Assembly: GCA_017610205.1 (NCBI GenBank)
Contig: JAFCCL010000002.1
Span: 1 to 64,000, forward strand
Reading direction: 5' to 3'
Length of the DNA: 64,000 nucleotides
Origin: Candidatus Iainarchaeum sp.
Lineage (GTDB): Archaea; Iainarchaeota; Iainarchaeia; Iainarchaeales; GCA-2688035
Part shown: piece after piece, positions 38,443-48,168 of the stretch
Numbering within the stretch: position 1 is the stretch's first letter
How the letters are laid out: every line of letters starts with the position of its first letter
Notes under the pieces: generated by a model
Told to the model about the DNA's origin: nothing
Database searches by the model: none
What the model saw: the letters and a program-made list of their open reading frames with translations, nothing else
Position numbers and translations under genes: made by a program

Positions 38443-39573
38443 ATGACTGGTTCGGAAAAACTTGCAGGGGAAATAGGCGAAAAAATAAACACATTGCAGG
38501 CAAACTTGAGCAGGCGACCGTGGAGAAATTCCGGCAGAACTGTTTTTGCAAATTCTTTGGATGAAAGCATTGAAAACCTGCAGGATATTAACAAGCTGTT
38601 TGAAGGGGTTGCCGAAAATATTGAAAAAAATCCAAAGGAAGGAAGCCCCAATCTTCGGCCTTTTTTGAAAGAGCTTGAAAAGCTTTTGGCAATGCTTGAA
38701 AAAAATTTGAGGTTTGAAAAGCAAAAGAAAAGCAACGCAAAAACTGTGAATGAACTTGAGCAAGAGGAAACACCGGAACTTTATGCAGACCTTGAGCAAA
38801 GAATTCTTGGAATACTTTTAAAGGCAAGATATTCCCTTGAAAGAACATCAATTTTTTTGAGAAGACAGGGATTTACACCGTTAACTGGCACTGGGACAGC
38901 AAAGCAGGTAATGCAGGTCCTTGAAAGAAAGGAAGACGAGCTTCAAAACCTTAGAGAAAAATATGAGGACATCAGGAAAAAAAGCTATCTGGGATATTTT
39001 GAAGAAGACAGTGTTGCAGATTTGGAACAGGAACTTGGCGATTTGGGAAGAAAAATGACTTTGGGTGCTGACGAGGTTGGAAAAACAGTTGCATTTCACA
39101 AAAATCAGATGGAATATGTTGAAAATAGTTATGCTGAATTAAAGCAAAAAATTGATTCGTTGGAAGAATTCTTTTTTGCTTACAGTGAAAAGTCCGGAGA
39201 ACTTATAAAAAATTTGAAAAAAGAACGCGATTATGCAAAAAGCATTGTTTTAGATGTAGAACACGAAACTTTGCAGCTTCGCAATTCTTACACAAACGAG
39301 CTTTTGGGAATGCAGGAAAGCAGGCTTTCAGCAAAAGCAGAGGCTGAAAAAAAGTTTGAAGCAGAATTGAAAAAACTACACAAAGAGGTTTCGGAAAAAT
39401 CTGATTTGCTTATTCATTTTAAGAAAATAGCAGAAGACAAACTCAAAAAAGAGCACGATTTGGAAGAAAAAGTAAAAAAGCTTTCAATGCTTTTGAAAAC
39501 CAAGGAAAAACACGAAACAGTAAAAAGGCAACTGCTTAAAAAAAAGCAAAGAAAGGGAAAGAAAAAAAAGTAA
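38443..39573 (+). CDS. Coiled-coil protein of unknown function
   Basis: E/K/L-rich heptads over most of 376 aa. Confidence 0.75.
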   Translation: MTGSEKLAGEIGEKINTLQANLSRRPWRNSGRTVFANSLDESIENLQDINKLFEGVAENIEKNPKEGSPNLRPFLKELEKLLAMLEKNLRFEKQKKSNAKTVNELEQEETPELYADLEQRILGILLKARYSLERTSIFLRRQGFTPLTGTGTAKQVMQVLERKEDELQNLREKYEDIRKKSYLGYFEEDSVADLEQELGDLGRKMTLGADEVGKTVAFHKNQMEYVENSYAELKQKIDSLEEFFFAYSEKSGELIKNLKKERDYAKSIVLDVEHETLQLRNSYTNELLGMQESRLSAKAEAEKKFEAELKKLHKEVSEKSDLLIHFKKIAEDKLKKEHDLEEKVKKLSMLLKTKEKHETVKRQLLKKKQRKGKKKK

Positions 39574-39604
39574 TTCATTTTAGCATTAAAACCATTTTTG
39601 GATA

Positions 39605-40033
39605 CTACAATGAAAAACCGTCATCTTCCTGTTCTTTTGGAGCAAAAGAACCCGGCTTAAACAGTCTGTGAATTATTAATTCAGACCATTTGCTGGCAAG
39701 CTTTTCTTTCTCCAATTCAAGGCTGCTTTGGTTTAAATGCTCAAATTCTTTTTCTTCAATTACTTTGACAATTTTTACCTTGCCTCTTGTTTCAATTTCA
39801 ATAAGCTTGTTTAAAAGCGCCTGAATTTTGAAATCAAGTTCGTCGTATAAAACAAAAACAAACACAAAATCTGCTTCGTTTTCAATTTCATGCACTGTAG
39901 CAGGAATGTCTTCAGGAAAGGGAACAAAAATGGCGTCAAGTTCTAAATCAGCAATTTGGCCTGCAAGCTTTTCTTCAAGTTCTGGAAAAAAGTTTATTCC
40001 GGTTTTTGAATCCGATATAAGAAAAATGTGCAT
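39605..40033 (-). CDS. Hypothetical acidic protein, possible degenerate lumazine/riboflavin synthase fold
   Basis: FVP..EDIP pattern resembles archaeal RibC/RibH VPG..DLP; similarity is weak. Confidence 0.5.
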   Translation of the reverse strand: MHIFLISDSKTGINFFPELEEKLAGQIADLELDAIFVPFPEDIPATVHEIENEADFVFVFVLYDELDFKIQALLNKLIEIETRGKVKIVKVIEEKEFEHLNQSSLELEKEKLASKWSELIIHRLFKPGSFAPKEQEDDGFSL

Positions 40034-40087
40034 TCAAATATAATACTGTGCAAAACTATTTTAGGGTTTGTGTTCAATATTTAATTG

Positions 40088-40783
40088 ATGGGAAAAAATT
40101 TGGTTGGAAAAATTTCCATAGTAACCACTGCTTTTAATGAGGAAAAAAACATTGCCCCAATGCACAAAAAAATAAAGGAAGCAATGAAAGGAATCAATTA
40201 TGAAATAATTGCAGTTGATGACGGAAGCACTGATGGAACATTGAAGGAATTGAAGAAAATAAATGACCCTTTGCTTAGAATAATAAAATTTGAAAAACGC
40301 ACAGGAAAAGATTTTGCTTTATACAAAGGAATACAAAAATCAAACGGGACAATAATTGCCACAATTGATGCTGACTTGCAGGATGAACCAAGGGACATTC
40401 CTTTAATGATTAAGTTGCTCGGAAAAAACTGTGACTGTGTTTTTGGATGGCGTTTTGAAAGAAAGGATGGTTTTGTAAAGAGAAATTTTTCAAGTGTTGG
40501 AAACTTTTTGAACAATTTGCTGCTTGAGGTGAATTTGCATGATAACGGTTGTCCGGTAAAAGTGTTCAAAAAGAAATGTGTTGCAAAAGTGAAGTATTTT
40601 GAAAACTTTCACAGGTTTATTCCCTTAATGATAAAAACGCAGAGGTTTAAAATAAAAGAATTTAAAGTAAAGCATCATCCAAGAATACACGGAGTTTCAA
40701 AATATGGAGTGCACAACAGAATAGTTGGAAACATTAAAACATTCCTAAAAGTTAAGTTTGGATACAATGAATTGTTGGAATGA
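40088..40783 (+). CDS. GT2 polyprenol-phosphate glycosyltransferase (DPM1/ArnC-like)
   Basis: AFNEE, VDDGSTDGT, DADLQD, FHRFIP, R..G.SKY. Confidence 0.9.
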   Translation: MGKNLVGKISIVTTAFNEEKNIAPMHKKIKEAMKGINYEIIAVDDGSTDGTLKELKKINDPLLRIIKFEKRTGKDFALYKGIQKSNGTIIATIDADLQDEPRDIPLMIKLLGKNCDCVFGWRFERKDGFVKRNFSSVGNFLNNLLLEVNLHDNGCPVKVFKKKCVAKVKYFENFHRFIPLMIKTQRFKIKEFKVKHHPRIHGVSKYGVHNRIVGNIKTFLKVKFGYNELLE

Positions 40784-40811
40784 AACTGAAGCTTTTTCAA
40801 GAACAATTAAT

Positions 40812-42368
40812 TCAGATTGGAAAACAATTAAACAAAGCAAAAGAAGAATTATTGTAAACAAGCAAGTCAGACCATTGACTGACCCCGCCAGTATTACGAG
40901 TAACAAAGTAATCAGCATTATAATCTTTGCACAGAGACAAGTATTTTTCTCTGGACAGTGAATCAAAATTGCATTCCCTGCCAATAAATAACGCAGAAGA
41001 TTTGAATTCAATTACATTGCACAAAGCAAGTAATCGATTGAACCACTCATCCTGTATTACGCTTCCTCTCCCAACTGGATTGGTTTTAGCCTCAACAACC
41101 ACACTTCTCTCAGAGTATAGCCTAAATCCACGCAGATAAGGCGGGGTCAAAAACAAGCTATTCTTTGGTGTGTTTAACCTTGCATAGTTTGCAATATCAG
41201 TAAAGTTGTTTGCCCTAGGTTCAATCCCAGGTTGATTAAAATCAGGAACTGAAAATAGGCCGAGTGCAAAAAAAACAGCAAGGGAAAACAGAAGTAGCCT
41301 GCATAGTTCAGAGAATTCAATTGAGTTTTTGCTTACAGTGAATTTTATGCCGGTAATCAGATTAAATAAGGCAATTGAAAGTAGAATAACAAATGAGATT
41401 GTTAAAAAAACATCAACCCTTATGAGATACAAAAACAGTACAAATTCTATTGGGGCAAGGATTGTGAAAATCAAACCAAGTGCAATGATTGCCAGCAGGA
41501 CATAATTCCAGTAGCAAAATTCTTTCTTTGATTTGGTTGTTATTAATAGAACTATGACAAAAAACGCAAATACAAAGTAGGCGAGAATTTCTTCAATTTT
41601 TGGAAAGAAATGGAATGGAACATTGAACATAATCAATTCTGTTATGCTATACTGTGGAATGGGCTGGGAAAAGGGAGTGAATGTTAGGATAAGCGACAAC
41701 AACGCAGGCAGTATAATTAGAACATAAACAAGTATGGATTTTTTCAGAAGTTTGAAATTTTTTTGTAAAAAAAGACCGGGAAGCATTGCAAGAAATACAA
41801 AAAAGCTAATCTGGCCATGGACATAAAACAAAAGACTGCAAACAGTAAAAGAAAGCAAATATCTCTTTTTCAGCATTAAGTAAAGACAAAGCAATGCAAT
41901 CGGCACAGCAATAAAATAAGGGACCAGAGCAGTGGTAATTACGGAAAAATTTGAGAGGGTTGGAAAGTTTCTTGCAAGCAACAACAGCAAACAAGCCAAC
42001 AAGCCGATGTGCTTTTTTGCTGTTAATTCAAACGAAATTTTGTAAACAAAATAAAATATGAAAAAAGTTATGGCAGTAAATGCAAAAAAGTAAATGTAGG
42101 AAATTGGAACAAACGTGATTTTTGAAACAATAAAAAGCATGAGGTGAGGAAGCATCTTCACTGCAGGAGGGTTAATAATCTGCATATCAAAATCTTTTTG
42201 GTAAAGCTCGTTATCAAAAAAATGCAGAACGGCAGGAAGTTGTGTGGATTGGTCCGAAGAATAAAAATGATATCCTGAAAAAACAAAGACAGACACCAAA
42301 GTAAGGGCAATCAAAAAAATAATTGGAAGATTGTCAACCGATTTTGATAAACTAAGCAACTGGTTCAA
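40812..42368 (-). CDS. Polytopic membrane protein, putative GT-C/glycan modification enzyme
   Basis: Many TM segments, DQ and LY..D motifs, FLTPP..GFRLYSERS.VV..K, EW..R. Confidence 0.7.
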   Translation of the reverse strand: MNQLLSLSKSVDNLPIIFLIALTLVSVFVFSGYHFYSSDQSTQLPAVLHFFDNELYQKDFDMQIINPPAVKMLPHLMLFIVSKITFVPISYIYFFAFTAITFFIFYFVYKISFELTAKKHIGLLACLLLLLARNFPTLSNFSVITTALVPYFIAVPIALLCLYLMLKKRYLLSFTVCSLLFYVHGQISFFVFLAMLPGLFLQKNFKLLKKSILVYVLIILPALLSLILTFTPFSQPIPQYSITELIMFNVPFHFFPKIEEILAYFVFAFFVIVLLITTKSKKEFCYWNYVLLAIIALGLIFTILAPIEFVLFLYLIRVDVFLTISFVILLSIALFNLITGIKFTVSKNSIEFSELCRLLLFSLAVFFALGLFSVPDFNQPGIEPRANNFTDIANYARLNTPKNSLFLTPPYLRGFRLYSERSVVVEAKTNPVGRGSVIQDEWFNRLLALCNVIEFKSSALFIGRECNFDSLSREKYLSLCKDYNADYFVTRNTGGVSQWSDLLVYNNSSFALFNCFPI

Positions 42369-43822
42369 TTCGAAGCTCCCTCCCTAATATCAACTACCCT
42401 AACGGTTGGATTGCTAAAGCCAAAGCTCTTGTAAGACGGATTAATTTCCTTAACAGGGTAATTGTTGAACAATTCTAAATACTTTTCATTGGCTGCATAC
42501 ACTAGTGTATCTTGTCCGCTTAAGCCTGCGCCAAAAGCATATTCTTTATACACAAAACTGGTTGCAACAATATAGCTAACATTATCATCCAGTTCTTTCA
42601 CTAAATTAAGATAATCCGAGCTCCCAAAGCCCTGTCTTGGCAAAGCATACCAGCCCCATTTTGCTTTTCCAGGCAATGTTTCAAGATATTCTTTTGCCTG
42701 CGCTCTTGTGTCATTGTTAAGGCTATAATCCAGTTGAATTGTTTCAGCAAGCGGAATTGCCAACGAGATTAGTATCAGCAACACTGTAAGAATTTTCCAC
42801 TTTTTAGGCAAAAAAGACTTAATTGCCAAAATTCCCTTGTAAGAAAAGTAAATCAACAGCGGAATAATTGGAATCACATAGCGCATGAAATCAGGAAATG
42901 GCTTGCTTGGAGAAAACTCTATTGAAAAATAAAACAGCAACGTGTATACTATGAGGATTTTGTCCTGCCACCCTGTTTTTTTCCACTTGAAGAATGCAAA
43001 GCCAATGAAAAACAAGGCAAGCAATGTTAACAGCAGGGTCATTCCAGGAATAATGCTTTGGGTTAAATGGAATGCGAAAAAATTGTCAATTGCATAAATT
43101 TTCAAATTGTGACCGACTAAGGCGTGGTTTGTTTCAAAGCCAATTCCTTTCCAAAAAATTCCAAAGTCATAGAGTAGCGGGTAATTTACAACTACGAAAA
43201 CAATCAGGGAAATTGCAACAGAAAAAAAGATTTTTTTGAAGTAATTTAAATTTTTTATTGACTGAACAAACAGGGGAGAAATTAAATAAATTAGAATAAG
43301 CAATGCTCCCATGTATTTAGAGGACAGAGCCAAACCAGTTGCAAGGCCAAGAAGCAAAAGAGAGCGGTTATCAGTTCGCTTTACAAACCGCATAAAAAGA
43401 AGGAGGGAAAGTAAAGCAAAAAACGTGAAAATTATATCCTCTTTGAGGTAATGGGAATGAACCACCAGTATAGGGGATATTGCAACTGCAAGGGCAACAA
43501 TTAAGGAATACTTTTTGTTCAAAGTAAGCCGTGAAACAAAGTAGGACAAAAAAACAATCAATGCTCCAAAAATTGCCGTGGAAATCCTGCCAAGAAAAAC
43601 AATATCTTGGGATCGTGTAAAATCAGACAAAAAATTTCCTGCCCTGACCACTTGAAGCATTAAAATCGGGTGATGAAAATCCTGCTCAAAGTTCTTAACA
43701 AACCTGACTTTTTTTAGTTCGTCAATATGATAACCAAGAGGAAAATCAATGTTGTATAAATTAAGCAAGAGGGAAAACAAAATTATTGCCAACAAGGCAA
43801 TTGCCACAAATTTTCTCCGCAT
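42365..43822 (-). CDS. GT-C glycosyltransferase (PMT/ArnT family)
   Basis: HIDE after TM1, HHP, GLA..SKY, RY..P. Confidence 0.85.
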   Translation of the reverse strand: MRRKFVAIALLAIILFSLLLNLYNIDFPLGYHIDELKKVRFVKNFEQDFHHPILMLQVVRAGNFLSDFTRSQDIVFLGRISTAIFGALIVFLSYFVSRLTLNKKYSLIVALAVAISPILVVHSHYLKEDIIFTFFALLSLLLFMRFVKRTDNRSLLLLGLATGLALSSKYMGALLILIYLISPLFVQSIKNLNYFKKIFFSVAISLIVFVVVNYPLLYDFGIFWKGIGFETNHALVGHNLKIYAIDNFFAFHLTQSIIPGMTLLLTLLALFFIGFAFFKWKKTGWQDKILIVYTLLFYFSIEFSPSKPFPDFMRYVIPIIPLLIYFSYKGILAIKSFLPKKWKILTVLLILISLAIPLAETIQLDYSLNNDTRAQAKEYLETLPGKAKWGWYALPRQGFGSSDYLNLVKELDDNVSYIVATSFVYKEYAFGAGLSGQDTLVYAANEKYLELFNNYPVKEINPSYKSFGFSNPTVRVVDIREGASN

Positions 43823-43939
43823 AACTTATATTACCATTAACCCCTTTTAAAGAATATTAGTATTGGAAGCAAACATACACTACCCAAAGCAAGTAATGAA
43901 CTCAAAATCTGTTTAAACAAAAGAATTAAATTAGGAAAA

Positions 43940-44347
43940 ATGAACTATATTAGTATGTTTAGACAAAAAAAAGTGAAAAAAATAAGTGTTACAACAACAC
44001 ACTACAAGGGACCTGAACAAAGGCAAAAAGGTTCTAACAGAAGAATCGGAAAAGAAAGAAGAAATTTTCTTAGAAGGAGAGAGAAACCAGAAAGACTGCT
44101 TCTAAAAAGGGACATTGGTTTTGGAAAAACAATTTCCGGAAAATTTTGGCTGGAAATGCAGGAATTAAAAAAAACACCTGGAAAGGAACGCAAATTGTTT
44201 ACAACCAAAAAAAGAGGGGATTACGTAGTGTTCAGGGACGGGAATTTTTACATTTTTACCGACAGACGTTTCCAAGGAAAAAGACGCGAAAAAGAGAGAA
44301 GAAGCAACAAGGGAAAGAAGACAAAAGTAATCAAGAAAGGGAAATGA
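43940..44347 (+). CDS. Highly basic Arg-rich protein
   Basis: 135 aa with repeated ERR/NRR/DRR units. Confidence 0.55.
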   Translation: MNYISMFRQKKVKKISVTTTHYKGPEQRQKGSNRRIGKERRNFLRRREKPERLLLKRDIGFGKTISGKFWLEMQELKKTPGKERKLFTTKKRGDYVVFRDGNFYIFTDRRFQGKRREKERRSNKGKKTKVIKKGK

Positions 44348-44415
44348 AACCCCTGCAAAAGCTATTTAAATAAGGTTCAATTTAGTTAATACAAACAGTT
44401 TTGGAAAAGATTATT

Positions 44416-45936
44416 ATGCCAGGCTTTGACAAATTTGATGACCCTTCATACAGCGGGAATGTAGAGTTTGAAGATGAAAGTCCAATTGGACAGGTAACAG
44501 GAATAATAGCACCGTTTAAGAAATTCCTGCCGCATATAATTGCACTGGTAGTAATTGTAGTAATTGCATTCCTTGCATACGACTTTTTTATTGGCAGCAT
44601 GCTTTCAGTTACATTAACAATAAAAGACACAGAAGGAAAAATGTTGAACGAAAACAGCATTAAGCTTTATGTCGAAGGACAGGACTCGCCTATATTCACA
44701 GACTCCGATTCTTCAATTTACGATATACAACTCAAACCAGGAACCTACAGATATATTGTTGCAGTAGATGGCTACGATACAGCAAAAAACTCTTTCACCG
44801 TAAGCGCTGAAGACAAAGAGCCAGTAATTGAAGTAAAAAAAGACCTTGATATCGACATAATCAACTTTGAACAAAACTTTCCTGAAAAACTCTACGCAGG
44901 AAGCACAAATACTTTTTTTATAACACTAAAAAACAATTCAGACAATATTGCAGAAAATGTCAGCCTTGAAGCAGAAAACGACATTGAGAAATGGGCAAAT
45001 ACAACAATTGGCACAATTCAGCCAAATTCAACAAAAGAGGTTGAAATTGAAATCACTGTTCCACAAAATGCAGAAGTAGGCGATGAAGATGAAGGAGACC
45101 AAAAAAATGCGGTTGTCAGGATAAAATATACAACAAATAAAAGCAACGCAGATTTTATTCTTTACCCAAATCCAGCAGTCAAAATGGACCTTGATGAGGC
45201 ATCATTTGGTGCAAAGGCCGGAGAAAAAGACCAGGACACAATAGGAATTGAAAACAACAACAAATTCCCAATAGGAGATTTGACACTTACCATTGAAATA
45301 ACAAGCGCCACAAAAAATTCCGCAAGCGAAGTAAAGCAATGGTTCCAGTTTACAGAGGTTGCAAACCAGACAAATCCACAGAAAATTGAAATAACACGCA
45401 TTGAAGCAAGAGGAGATGTTGAAAAAGAACTACAGGTAATCATTCCAACAACAGCCCAAAAAGAAGACGACATAAAAGGAAACATTGTTCTAAACGCACC
45501 ATACCTTTCAAAACCAATAAAAAGAACACTAACTCTTGACATTAAAGAAGGCGCAGATTATGGCCTGGCTATTTCAACAAGAAGCCCTATTGACATTGAA
45601 TGGGATGAAACAATTGGAAATTATGAAGAAAAAATTATTGACATTAAAGTAAAAAACACAGGAAAAATTGACCTTGAAAACATTGTTCTTTCAGTATCAA
45701 ACAAAGTAATATGCGATTCTGATTGGCTTACTTTAATAGACTATCAAATTAATACTCTTCCAGAAGGAGCAACAGAGGAACTAAAAGCAAAGGCAAGCTC
45801 ACCAATTGCAGTTAGAGGAAGGGAAGAATCAAAACACTGCAACCTGCATTACAGATATGATGACCCAACAATGCCAGGCATTTATGTTGAAAAAGACTTT
45901 ACAAATTTCATTGAAATAGTGCCAAAAGCAAATTAA
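44416..45936 (+). CDS. Membrane-anchored multi-Ig/CARDB cell-surface protein
   Basis: Single N-terminal TM, carboxypeptidase-like beta-sandwich (PGTY), repeated L/VKN.G Ig strands; acidic. Confidence 0.8.
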   Translation: MPGFDKFDDPSYSGNVEFEDESPIGQVTGIIAPFKKFLPHIIALVVIVVIAFLAYDFFIGSMLSVTLTIKDTEGKMLNENSIKLYVEGQDSPIFTDSDSSIYDIQLKPGTYRYIVAVDGYDTAKNSFTVSAEDKEPVIEVKKDLDIDIINFEQNFPEKLYAGSTNTFFITLKNNSDNIAENVSLEAENDIEKWANTTIGTIQPNSTKEVEIEITVPQNAEVGDEDEGDQKNAVVRIKYTTNKSNADFILYPNPAVKMDLDEASFGAKAGEKDQDTIGIENNNKFPIGDLTLTIEITSATKNSASEVKQWFQFTEVANQTNPQKIEITRIEARGDVEKELQVIIPTTAQKEDDIKGNIVLNAPYLSKPIKRTLTLDIKEGADYGLAISTRSPIDIEWDETIGNYEEKIIDIKVKNTGKIDLENIVLSVSNKVICDSDWLTLIDYQINTLPEGATEELKAKASSPIAVRGREESKHCNLHYRYDDPTMPGIYVEKDFTNFIEIVPKAN

Positions 45937-45965
45937 TTAAAAAATAATTTTAACAAGCAAATTAA

Positions 45966-46370
45966 TTAAAGGGTATTTTTAACAAGCTCTTTAAGGCTTT
46001 CAGGAGCCTCAAAATCCTTTGACAAAAACTCGTCCTTGCCAATCCATTTGCTGCTTGCAATGCTTTCATTGCTTTTATGCGGCAAAATCACGCTTGCATC
46101 AGAAGCAGCATTGCATTTGAAAACAGTGCAAACCGCAAGGTTTCCGTCACTAACCCTGTTAAACCAATAAACACCAAGTGGTTTATCCACTTCAACATCA
46201 AGAGCAGTTTCTTCCTTTACCTCACGGCAAAGGGTCTGCATTGGCTCTTCACCATCCTCAACCTTTCCACCAGGCAAATCCCAGAGCTTTTTCCTGCCAA
46301 TTTCAAGCTCCAAGGCAAGAAACTTGCCATCCCTAACAATAAGGGCCTTCATTGCAGCTATTGCAGTCAT
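45966..46370 (-). CDS. NUDIX hydrolase
   Basis: PGGKVEDGE.....REVKEET Nudix box. Confidence 0.92.
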   Translation of the reverse strand: MTAIAAMKALIVRDGKFLALELEIGRKKLWDLPGGKVEDGEEPMQTLCREVKEETALDVEVDKPLGVYWFNRVSDGNLAVCTVFKCNAASDASVILPHKSNESIASSKWIGKDEFLSKDFEAPESLKELVKNTL

Positions 46371-46448
46371 AAGAAAAAAATTAGGGAAAGGAATGTTTAA
46401 AAAGGAAACTAAAAGGGGAGCATATAAAAAGGCTTGCAGGCAAAGAAT

Positions 46449-46520
46449 AGCCCCGGGAGAGATTTGAACTCTCGACCCCCACTTTACGAGAGTGGTGCTC
46501 TACCACTGAGCTACCGGGGC
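46449..46520 (-). tRNA. tRNA-Thr (CGT)
   Basis: GCCCCGG/CCGGGGC-T, loop CT-CGT-AA. Confidence 0.95.
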
Positions 46521-46575
46521 AATAAATGATTACTAGGAACATATGCTTTTAAATATTTTTATAGTATACGATATT

Positions 46576-48168
46576 ATGAATAATAATTTTAATCTATTTT
46601 CACTCAATTCACGTGTAGATGTTCACCCACGAACTTGGATTTGCATAGGGGGAAAGGAATTACCAACATTTGTAAGAAAACTAGAAAAAGAAGTTATTGA
46701 AAAACAAGGGTTAACAAGAGAGAACCTAAGTAGGGAGTTGGCTAGGAGTTTAAACTGTTCCCATACTAGTTTTAAACAGTTGTTTCAAGAGAAGAGAGCT
46801 TTTTATCCACTCCCTTTCATCCTTAAACTTAGCAAACTTGCACAGAATAAAAAAATTTTAAAAAAAATTAATTCAGAAACCACATTTTTGAAAGTTAATT
46901 CTGCCTCAGCAAAACCTCTAAAAGTATGCAAAAAATTAAACATCAACTTAGCTAAACTAATTGGTTCTTTTATGGCAGATGGAAGCTTGAGTATTCAAAT
47001 CATCTTTTCTGCAAGAGAAAAAAGAAAACTTAAACCTATTGTAGAAACTCTGCTAAAAAACAGCCAAAGGTTTTCTCTAAATTACTCCAAGAAGAGAAAC
47101 GAACACTATCTAAACATAACAAAAAATAAAAATAACATCAATCTCATTGATTCACTGCAAACAAAACGTCTAACGAATATACAAAGCCATTACGCGATTG
47201 AATTAAGTGATGCCTACAAAGACAATGTCCTTTTCTTTAAAAATTTAGTTATAAATGAGTTTGGAGTAAACCCCAACAAATTTTACAAAAAAGAGAATAT
47301 GTGGCGTGTAACTTTTTCTAACAAGATAGTGGCAAGGTTTCTTGAAAAGTTCTTTGAAATTTGGCCTGGCAAAAAGTCTGACGACGCATTTGAACCAGCG
47401 ATAATCAAAAAAGCCCATCTGAAGATGAGAAAAGCTTTTGCTCTTGGCTTACTCACATTTGACGGTTGTATTACAAAACAGGGTAAAATGTGCTATAGTT
47501 CAAATAGCAAAACTCTAATTGAAGCTTTAGCAGATATATGGAAAAGAGACGGCATAGAATACGGAAGAAGTAAGACTAAAAGAGGAGATTACACCATAAA
47601 TGCATATTTAACAAATGATAAGAAAAAACTACTTCAATATTTTGAGCCAAATACCCAAAAATGGAAATTGATTCATTGGTTAGAAGGCGATTTAACTAAG
47701 AAACCTGTTATCAAAGAAACAACGGTAACAAAAATTTCTGAGGAAAAGATATTTAATCTGCTTCGTAGGAAAAAAAACTGTGATATTATATATCTTACAA
47801 AATTTTTTGGATGCAAACAATCAACTGCGAGGTACTATCTAAAAACACTAAAAAAACAAAAAAGAATTGTTCTTAGCAGAAACATAAAATCCATCAATCC
47901 AAAAAACGTAAGTGAAAAAACTATGGTTTTAGTGAATAAGAAATGGCATAAAAAACTATTTAACGGGATAAAAAAGAGGTTTGTTTATGATAAAGAGTTT
48001 GCAACCAGCTTAGACATACCTAAAGCAACACTTTCTGCATGGAAACTGAGAAAAAACCATATCCCACTTCACCGTTTGGAAACAATGTGTAAAACCTTAA
48101 ATTTAGATTTTCAAAAATTTTGCAATAATTTAGTAGAAGAAGACAGAGAAATTGCTGCAATAAACTAA
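46576..48168 (+). CDS. Free-standing LAGLIDADG endonuclease-like protein with N- and C-terminal HTH domains
   Basis: LIGSFMADGSL and FALGLLTFDG motifs, EPAII linker, HTHs (LARSLNCS; FATSLDIPKATLSAW); atypical codon usage. Confidence 0.8.
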   Translation: MNNNFNLFSLNSRVDVHPRTWICIGGKELPTFVRKLEKEVIEKQGLTRENLSRELARSLNCSHTSFKQLFQEKRAFYPLPFILKLSKLAQNKKILKKINSETTFLKVNSASAKPLKVCKKLNINLAKLIGSFMADGSLSIQIIFSAREKRKLKPIVETLLKNSQRFSLNYSKKRNEHYLNITKNKNNINLIDSLQTKRLTNIQSHYAIELSDAYKDNVLFFKNLVINEFGVNPNKFYKKENMWRVTFSNKIVARFLEKFFEIWPGKKSDDAFEPAIIKKAHLKMRKAFALGLLTFDGCITKQGKMCYSSNSKTLIEALADIWKRDGIEYGRSKTKRGDYTINAYLTNDKKKLLQYFEPNTQKWKLIHWLEGDLTKKPVIKETTVTKISEEKIFNLLRRKKNCDIIYLTKFFGCKQSTARYYLKTLKKQKRIVLSRNIKSINPKNVSEKTMVLVNKKWHKKLFNGIKKRFVYDKEFATSLDIPKATLSAWKLRKNHIPLHRLETMCKTLNLDFQKFCNNLVEEDREIAAIN

